Part shown: piece after piece, positions 16,534 through 22,841 of the stretch
Position numbering within the stretch: the stretch's first letter is position 1
Layout of the letters: every line of letters begins with the position of its first letter
From: Thermosulfurimonas dismutans
Lineage (GTDB): Bacteria; Desulfobacterota; Thermodesulfobacteria; Thermodesulfobacteriales; Thermodesulfobacteriaceae
Reading direction: 5' to 3'
NCBI RefSeq assembly: GCF_001652585.1
Contig: NZ_LWLG01000022.1
Span: 1-22,841 of the forward strand
DNA: 22,841 nt
Position numbers and translations under genes: made by a program
The notes under the pieces: model-generated
What the model was told of the DNA's origin: nothing
Database searches by the model: none
The model's input: the letters and a program-made list of their open reading frames with translations, nothing else

Positions 16534-19500
16534 GTGATCCAGGGGCATTTCGATAGAGTAGATGGCCTTTACGTCCACGGATGGGCTTTTAATCCCGAAA
16601 ATCCAGAAGAAAGGGTAGAGGTGGTAGTTCTTGTAGATGGAAAGCCTGTGGCAGAGGGAGTTGCTGATCAGTTTAGAGAGGATCTTAAAGAAGCCGGTAT
16701 TGGAGATGGCGGGTATGCGTTTGTAATTAAGCTTCCTAATGAGATTGCTGATGGGAAGGAACACGAAATAAGGGTAGTTGTGAAGAACACGGGGAATGAT
16801 TTAGAAAACAGTCCGCAAATAGTTATATTTCAGCAATTAGAAGATAGTTATATAGGTCATCTAGATTCAGTGGATGGATTACTTGTTACAGGCTGGACAT
16901 ATAACAAGGCTAATCCAGAAGAAAGGGTAGAGGTGGTAGTTCTTGTAGATGGAAAGCCTGTGGCAGAGGGAGTTGCGGACCAATACAGGGAAGATTTAAA
17001 GCAGGACGGTATAGGAGATGGAAAGCATGCTTTCAAGATAAAACTTCCTGATGAACTTGCTGATGGGGAGGTACATGAGATAAAGGTAGTTGTGAATTCA
17101 TATCCCAATTTCAAAGTAGAACTCGCAGAAAAAAAATATATTTGCATTAAAAGTGATATCATATTTGATGAAGAATTTTACTTAGAGCAAGCTAGAAGAA
17201 AAGATATTTTGGTAAATGAAACACCAATACTGCATTATTTAAAAAATGGTTGGAAATTAGGCTTAGACCCTCATCCTTTATTTGACACATGGTACTATTA
17301 TGAAGTTAATAACCCATCAAGAGAAGTTTGCCCTCTAGTTTCGTATTTACTTGACAGAAAGTTTTTCCAGTGTTCTCCTTTTGTAGATGAAGCATATCTT
17401 AATCATATGCTTCACATAAATAAGATATCCCCTGATAAAACACTAAGGAATCTTGCTTTTGCTATAAAGCAAGGTTTGCCTCCTTCTTTCCTTCATCCAC
17501 ATATATTTGATCCAGTTATTTCTTTTTTAAGAATGAATTTGAGCTTAGCGATTGATTATACCGACATTCTTGATGTTATAAAAACAAAGCCAAGCATAGA
17601 AGATTTGATTGTTTTGTTGAGGTTTTTGCGTTCGCAAAGAATATATAATTTTTCTGATGATGAAAGTCCTATAATAAGTGTTGTAATTCTTAATTATAAG
17701 AAGCCTATTATGACTATTTTATCTGCCCTGAGTGTTCTTATTGCATTGAAAGATGTGCCACACGAGATTATAATAGTAGATAATGAATCTGATCGTTTTT
17801 TTACTGAAATTTTATACCGCTATTTACAAAAGCAAAAAAATGTGAAGATCATTGCCTCCAAGAATAATCTTTTCTTTGGGGAAGGAAATAATATAGCAAT
17901 AGATAGAGTACAAGGAAGATATGTTTTATTTCTAAATAACGATGCGTTTATTGGTCCTAATATAAAGTATTTATTGGATATTTTAGAAGAAAAAGAAGAT
18001 ATAGGGGCTGCTTCTCCGATTATTATTAATCAAGATTTTAGAATATCAGAAGTTGGAGGAATTGTTAGTCCATTAGGAGATGTTTTGCAAATAGGTAAAT
18101 TTATGAACTTTGAGAAAACATTATGGAATTCTCTGAACAATATGGCATTTATAGAAGTTGATTATGCATCAGCAGCATGTTTGATGGTTAGGGCAGAGAT
18201 ACTAAAAAAATACGGTGGATTCGACTATATATATGAACCCTTTTATTACGAAGATACAGATTTATGCTTAAGAATAAAATGTTTGGGGTATAAAATTGTA
18301 TGTATCCCTAAAGCAATTTCTTTGCATATTGAAAATTTTACAACTAAAGAGTTTTTGAAAGATAAATGGGGCACTGTTGTCCAGAATTCTAAGGAAAAGT
18401 TCTTTAATAGATGGGTATTTAAAAATAAAGAATATAAACCTGTTGAAATAAAATATTCCCAAAGAAAGAAAAGAAAAACAATTGCTTTGTATACACCCTT
18501 TCCAATTACTATTGGAGGAGGCGAAAACTATTTCTTGTCTATGGGAGCAGCTTTGTCTAAAATAGCCAATATAGTTTTTATTACAGAAGAATACACATCA
18601 AGAACAAGAATATCTTTTGTCTGTAGAGATTTGGGTATAGAACAATTTGAATTTGAAGTAATGAAGAGAAATGAGGTTGGAAAGTACTATTTTGATCTTG
18701 CTATAGTAATGGGTAATGAGATCGTGCCTTCTTGGATTCCTCCTGCCCAAAAAATAATTTACCTTTGTCAATTCCCCTTTCCTCTGTACCATGTTAAATA
18801 TCATGATTTCAGCTCTTATGATAAAATTGATTTATATATAGCATATTCTTTCTTCGTAAAAGAAAATATACAGAAAGAAATTGAAAAATATTCACTACCA
18901 GAAAAACCTATTGAGGTGATTTATCCGCCTAGTAACTTGCCTAATTATACAGTTGATGAAATTTTGGAAAAAAAGTTGCGGAATAAAAATAAAAAAATGT
19001 TTATAAGTATAGGTAGATTTCAATCACACGGTCATAATAAGCGACAGGATGTAATAGCTAAGATACTAAGTGAAGCTTCTACAAAGTTACCGATAGAGGG
19101 GTATATTTTTGGCGGTTTGCGAGAGAGTCCAGAAGATAAAGAATTTTTTCAAAAAGTGAGATCATATCAAAATAAAGGTGTTCTTCTAGTGAAAGCTAAT
19201 GTTGATAGAGATACAATTGAGTCTCACTTATTAAGATCACATTTCTATATACATGCTACAGGTTTAGGTATTAATCCTGGAGTAGAACCATATAAATGTG
19301 AACATTTCGGAATAACTTTAGTGGAAGCTATGGCATATGGGTGTATTCCTTTAGCATACAAATGTGGTGGACCAAAGGAAATACTTGAAAGTCACAATGT
19401 GGGATATGTATTTAGTTCAGAAGATGAATTGAAAAATCTTGTATTCGATTTGATCGAGATGGATATTGAATCAGAAGAATATTGGATCACAGTTGAGAAA

Positions 19501-19605
19501 TGTATGAAAGTAGCAGAAAATTTTTCAAGAGAAAATTTTTATAAAAAAGTAAGCAATATAATAGAAAAATTAATGTCAACAAGTAATTTTAACGGGTTGC
19601 TATAA
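16534..19605 (+). CDS. 1023-aa bifunctional glycosyltransferase (two N-terminal accessory repeats + GT2 domain + GT4-type GT-B domain); candidate polymerase
   Basis: GTG start follows AAGGGGGG. aa 4-190: two tandem ~104-aa repeats. aa ~210-290: FDEEFYL ... HYLKNGWKLGLDPHPLFD motif region. GT2 (aa ~379-605): ISVVILNYKKP ... EIIIVDNESD ... FLNNDAF ... YYEDTDLCLRIKCLGYKIVC. GT4 (aa ~648-1005): IALYTPFPITIGGGENY ... EHFGITLVEAMAYGCIPLAYKCGGPKE. Confidence 0.85.
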   Translation: MIQGHFDRVDGLYVHGWAFNPENPEERVEVVVLVDGKPVAEGVADQFREDLKEAGIGDGGYAFVIKLPNEIADGKEHEIRVVVKNTGNDLENSPQIVIFQQLEDSYIGHLDSVDGLLVTGWTYNKANPEERVEVVVLVDGKPVAEGVADQYREDLKQDGIGDGKHAFKIKLPDELADGEVHEIKVVVNSYPNFKVELAEKKYICIKSDIIFDEEFYLEQARRKDILVNETPILHYLKNGWKLGLDPHPLFDTWYYYEVNNPSREVCPLVSYLLDRKFFQCSPFVDEAYLNHMLHINKISPDKTLRNLAFAIKQGLPPSFLHPHIFDPVISFLRMNLSLAIDYTDILDVIKTKPSIEDLIVLLRFLRSQRIYNFSDDESPIISVVILNYKKPIMTILSALSVLIALKDVPHEIIIVDNESDRFFTEILYRYLQKQKNVKIIASKNNLFFGEGNNIAIDRVQGRYVLFLNNDAFIGPNIKYLLDILEEKEDIGAASPIIINQDFRISEVGGIVSPLGDVLQIGKFMNFEKTLWNSLNNMAFIEVDYASAACLMVRAEILKKYGGFDYIYEPFYYEDTDLCLRIKCLGYKIVCIPKAISLHIENFTTKEFLKDKWGTVVQNSKEKFFNRWVFKNKEYKPVEIKYSQRKKRKTIALYTPFPITIGGGENYFLSMGAALSKIANIVFITEEYTSRTRISFVCRDLGIEQFEFEVMKRNEVGKYYFDLAIVMGNEIVPSWIPPAQKIIYLCQFPFPLYHVKYHDFSSYDKIDLYIAYSFFVKENIQKEIEKYSLPEKPIEVIYPPSNLPNYTVDEILEKKLRNKNKKMFISIGRFQSHGHNKRQDVIAKILSEASTKLPIEGYIFGGLRESPEDKEFFQKVRSYQNKGVLLVKANVDRDTIESHLLRSHFYIHATGLGINPGVEPYKCEHFGITLVEAMAYGCIPLAYKCGGPKEILESHNVGYVFSSEDELKNLVFDLIEMDIESEEYWITVEKCMKVAENFSRENFYKKVSNIIEKLMSTSNFNGLL
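16543..17103 (+). repeat. Intragenic tandem duplication, period 312 nt (104 codons), two copies
   Basis: Copy 1 is ~16543-16791 and copy 2 is ~16855-17103. A 65-nt block is perfectly identical (16600-16664 = 16912-16976, encoding NPEERVEVVVLVDGKPVAEGVA). The flanks are clearly more diverged (roughly 70% identity by eye). Confidence 0.9.
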
Positions 19606-19853
19606 TGAGCGAGAATAAACTTTAAATATACATAGAACCTCATAAAACTGGAAATGCCTTTATTCAGAAATTTTTCCTTGATTACATGGATGAATTATTA
19701 AAGCTTGGAGATGGCTATCTAAACGAATTGATTTACTTATATGGACATTATGAATTTGTTGAACTATTAAAAGTGAGTGAATATAATGGATTGCTTCCTT
19801 TTGTAAATAGTATCTTAGCGCTGGACACTTTTTTTGGCAAGAAGATTGATTAA
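19605..19853 (+). pseudogene. Remnant of a sulfotransferase-like gene: in-frame TAA at codon 7 and truncated after ~80 codons
   Basis: ATG 19605 overlaps the stop of the upstream gene (TAATG). Reading: MSENKL-TAA(19623-19625)-IYIEPHKTGNAFIQKFFLDYMDELLKLG ... KKID-TAA(19851-19853), all in one frame. IEPHKTGNAFIQKFF resembles the PAPS-loop regions HIGWPKTGTSAIQHF (20625 gene) and TTGRTGSTFLQRLL (15227 gene). It is far too short for a complete enzyme. Confidence 0.5.
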
Positions 19854-20624
19854 GGGGAGTTGGATTATATTTGCTTAAAAGTTTATTTGTTTTTTGGTTA
19901 GGGAAAATTAAGATTTATTTGGCAATAGCTTGTCACGAGTGATATTATGACAAGAAGGTCAGCAACTTATCGATGGTAATGATGTATGACCCGATCCTGA
20001 ATATAGGGATACTAGTACAGGTTTTAGATTTGAACCATAAGGGTGGATTTTTCATTTTTCTGACAGGGGGTTATTTTAGAAAAGATTTAAATGATAGGCG
20101 AGCTGCAAGTTTTGCATTAGTGACTTTGGGTATGGAAAGTGAAGCAGATGATATGATAGAGATATATAGAGAGGTGGAGAATAGAGAGGATGTTTTACAA
20201 TATGGAGAGCAATGGATTTGAGGTTAGCCAGATGCGTTTTAGAGGTAATACGAAGATGGAAATGTTATTTTATGTGGTAGCGATATGTTAATATCTATTG
20301 GAGGTTATAGGTAAAATTAAGTAGAAGATGAGAGGTGATGGCAGGGATAGTGTATTTTTATGGAGATTAAGGTAATTAAAGAAGATATTAAGAGGATTTT
20401 GGTTAAAGAAGTGAACCGGATTTGTGAGATATTCTTAGAATGTTATAGAAGGTTAAGAAATAAGTTGTTTTTTATGTTTCTAGTAAAAGGTGTCTGCTAG
20501 TATGTTGCGTTTTAGAGAAATCATTTTGAGTTAATAAACATATTGATGAAAAAGTAGACGATATTTTAGAGAGAGTTTTTAATATAGTTGAATACTTGAT
20601 TTTAAAGATTTTGGAGAATAAGAA

Positions 20625-22025
20625 ATGGCATTTGAAAAAGTTAAATTTATTTTCCATATAGGATGGCCTAAAACTGGTACTAGCGCTATTCAACATTTTT
20701 GCTTTAAAAATAGAGAGAAAATTGCAAAGTTATACCAAATTTTATACCCAAAAACAGGAAAAATGCATTTTGAACATCACTATTTTGTTGTGGCTTTAAC
20801 TTCAAAACAAAATATAAACAGAGTGGTTTATAACTTTTATAAAGATCATAAAGAAATGTTTGCTGATTTGACAGATGAAATGAATTCTGTTAGAAAAGAT
20901 GATATAAAAAAGATTTTAATAAGTAGTGAATTTATGTGCGGTCCTAGTTTCGTTAAAGAATTGTCTGAAATAAAGAAAAAAATAAACGAATTTAAAATAA
21001 ATATTGACAAACTAATTGCCTATGTAAGACGTCAAGATTTGTTGTTAGATAGTCATTACAGGCAGCATATGAAAGAAATTTGGTTTTTTTCTGATTTTAT
21101 TTCATTTGCCAGGAAGAATATGTGTTTAGTGGATTTTTTTAATATACTTAACACTTGGGCTACTGTTGTAGATAAATCTAATTTTTTGATCAGAGTATAC
21201 GACAGAAAACTTTTTCCAGAAGGAAATATTATACTTGACTTTTTACAGCTACTTGGGATAGAGATGTCAGAAGCCAGAAATTTCAAAGCAGATATAAATC
21301 CGTCACTTTCGCACCTTTCAGCTCTTGCTTTCAGAAAATTTAAATTTAAATACGATTTTACCAAAGATGAACATCCCAAATTATTGAAATTTCTATTTGA
21401 TATAGATAGAAGAGAAGGAAGCTTTTTGAAAACATTTCTAAGTTTAGAAGAAAGAATAGAGTTGCTTAGAGAATTTAAAGAATCTAATGATTTGTTATTT
21501 AAAGAATATTTTAATTCTTCTAAGAATTTATTTGCTATTTCTGAAGAAGAAATAGTATTTTATAAAAAACAGGATAAAATAGAGAAAGAGAGGATAGATG
21601 AAGCTATAGAAAATAGATTCAAAGAATTAGAAAGATATTATTTTAAAATTACTAAAAGACCTTCAAGGCGTGAATTTATATATTTTATTGAAAAATTTGA
21701 TGAAAAAACTATAAGTGGTTGGATTATAGATCTTATAGATCCACCAGCAAAACTTATTCTTAAAGTAAATGATATTTCTATTTGCGAATTTGAAACAAAT
21801 CACCCTCGCAAAGATGTACTAAATGCATTTCCTGATTTAGGGTATTTAAACTGTGGTTTTGAGCTTAACTTGCTGAATATTAATTTGCCGAAAAGTATAT
21901 TAAAATTAGGAAATGATAGAAGGATAAAGTTAAGTCTAGTTCATAAACGGAGCAATATAGAATTGCGAAATGTTGAAATTAATTCAAACAGTTTGAAAGA
22001 GCTATTAAAAATAAGGGTTGTTTGA
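20625..22025 (+). CDS. Sulfotransferase-like protein with a C-terminal accessory module
   Basis: ATG lies 8 nt after GGAG. N-terminal FIFHIGWPKTGTSAIQHF (P-loop-like 5'-PSB region, aa 8-25) and AYVRRQDLLLDSHY (3'-PB-like R-x-x-D-x-x-x-S, aa 132-145). The C-terminal ~90 aa (nt ~21681-21959) shares the G-W / R-x-D-V / G-F pattern of the recurrent module. Confidence 0.65.
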   Translation: MAFEKVKFIFHIGWPKTGTSAIQHFCFKNREKIAKLYQILYPKTGKMHFEHHYFVVALTSKQNINRVVYNFYKDHKEMFADLTDEMNSVRKDDIKKILISSEFMCGPSFVKELSEIKKKINEFKINIDKLIAYVRRQDLLLDSHYRQHMKEIWFFSDFISFARKNMCLVDFFNILNTWATVVDKSNFLIRVYDRKLFPEGNIILDFLQLLGIEMSEARNFKADINPSLSHLSALAFRKFKFKYDFTKDEHPKLLKFLFDIDRREGSFLKTFLSLEERIELLREFKESNDLLFKEYFNSSKNLFAISEEEIVFYKKQDKIEKERIDEAIENRFKELERYYFKITKRPSRREFIYFIEKFDEKTISGWIIDLIDPPAKLILKVNDISICEFETNHPRKDVLNAFPDLGYLNCGFELNLLNINLPKSILKLGNDRRIKLSLVHKRSNIELRNVEINSNSLKELLKIRVV

Positions 22026-22841
22026 TTTTAAATCTAAATGACTTTTTGAAACGGCCTATTAGTCAAGTTAAATTTTTTAATACTTGCAGGAGGATTTGAA
22101 ATAAACTATTGGCCTTTATCTAAAAAGTTTTCCTAAACAGAATGGTAACTTAAAATTTAGTGCTGAACACCTTTGAAATTCGTAAATCATTGAGTAAATA
22201 GATGAGTAAAATTATTCGCTAAGATTAAATTTTTGCTTGACAAGAGATTCTTTACATGTTGAGAAATAAACAGTTAAGTGGAGGGCTACTGAGAAAATTT
22301 TTAAAAAAGATTCGAGAGGATTAAATAAATAATGTCAGACTGTTTGAATATGTGAGGCAATTTACTTGCTTTACGGTCTATAATTTTGAAGTTTTGAGCT
22401 TGCTTATTTATGAAATGATAGTTGAAAATACAGTAAATTGTAATAGCATCGCAGAATCCCTACCATATTGGGCTAAAAACGATAGCCTCTGTAAGAGATT
22501 TATTCGATTTTTGAAAGGAAGATGGATTTAGGAGGGGTAGATTTGTATTTAGAAAGAAATTTTTGTATCTACTTTCTTGGAGTTGCAAGAAAGGATTTAA
22601 ATTTGTTTGGTAATAGATTGTCATGAATGGCATTTTGTTAGCAAAGTTAACAATTTGTTAGCTATAATGCTTTGTGGGCTTATGGCAAATTTGGTCGTAC
22701 CTGTGTTGATCTTGGATTTAAATATTATAGGTAATTCTTCTTTTGATGGGAGAGGATTAATGTTAGACGATATTCATGAAGTTTTAAATTAACCGTTAAG
22801 GAAAGGATTGGCAAATGTAGAAGTGTTAAACTCAACTTTGA

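Noticed and set aside
19929-19954. Perfect 7-bp inverted repeat CTTGTCA-N12-TGACAAG overlapping the weak promoter-like match at 19919-19948 (possible operator)
   Set aside because: Dozens of 7-bp inverted repeats with loops under 20 nt are expected by chance in a window this size. There is no second copy and no conservation evidence.
19973-20221. 82-aa ORF as an independent gene
   Set aside because: It has a weak or absent SD and no recognisable family, and it sits in the C-depleted tract. It is better explained as debris of the decayed sulfotransferase (see findings). Not reported as a CDS.
20273-20284. ops/JUMPstart-like element (tgtGGTAGCGat versus E. coli ops GGCGGTAGCGTG) in the long leader upstream of the distal sulfotransferase gene
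   Set aside because: Only the 7-mer GGTAGCG matches, and a few such matches are expected by chance in 22.8 kb on both strands. The flanking positions differ, and there is no evidence that the host uses an RfaH/ops system.
20022-20570. Five occurrences of TTTTAGA (20022, 20074, 20237, 20510, 20564) and a 12-nt repeat TGCGTTTTAGAG (20233-20244, 20506-20517). GTTTTAGAG also resembles the start of type II CRISPR repeats.
   Set aside because: There is no regular repeat-spacer periodicity, and no repeat longer than 12 nt. The enrichment is plausible for a tract built almost only of T, A and G. Not a CRISPR array, and not demonstrably a motif.
22607-22792. 61-aa ORF in the AT-rich tail
   Set aside because: It has no SD. 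It is hydrophobic and low-complexity with no family resemblance, and it is surrounded by stop-dense sequence. Insufficient support.
1-22841. Search for mobile-element hallmarks (transposase, integrase, terminal inverted repeats, tRNA attachment site) that could explain the compositional mosaic
   Set aside because: None recognised in any frame. The mosaic is therefore attributed to homologous or illegitimate recombination between polysaccharide loci rather than to an identifiable mobile element.

Overview
Almost the whole window is one capsule-type surface-polysaccharide biosynthesis and export locus of a diderm-type bacterium. It has three transcription blocks. (i) On the + strand, kpsE-kpsM-kpsT-like ABC export genes (225-2787) follow the 3' end of an unidentified gene. 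(ii) On the - strand, two glycosyltransferase genes (5776-2772) converge on kpsT. (iii) A long, tightly coupled + strand block leaves a divergent promoter region (~5780-5900). It encodes APS kinase cysC, an OPX (Wza/KpsD-like) export protein, the complete dTDP-L-rhamnose pathway (rfbA-rfbC-rfbB-rfbD), a single-domain KpsC-like gene, a GT2, a GT4-type GT-B, a sulfotransferase and a 1023-aa glycosyltransferase with two catalytic domains (ends 19605). Downstream lie a nonsense-interrupted sulfotransferase remnant (19605-19853), a ~770-nt ORF-poor and strongly C-depleted tract, a second intact sulfotransferase-like gene (20625-22025), and an ~800-nt ORF-free AT-rich tail. I recognised no rRNA, tRNA, CRISPR array, transposase or integrase. 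Four points stand out. (1) The gene content predicts a sulfated, rhamnose-containing capsule with its own PAPS supply. (2) One ~80-100-aa module recurs five times, fused to two glycosyltransferases and both sulfotransferases. (3) The locus is compositionally mosaic (~50% GC core from ~1.1 to ~12.8 kb, ~30-40% GC flanks), and both breakpoints fall inside ORFs. (4) The 3' third shows gene decay and unusual non-coding sequence. All family assignments come from motif recognition by eye and all counts are hand counts. No database search was run.
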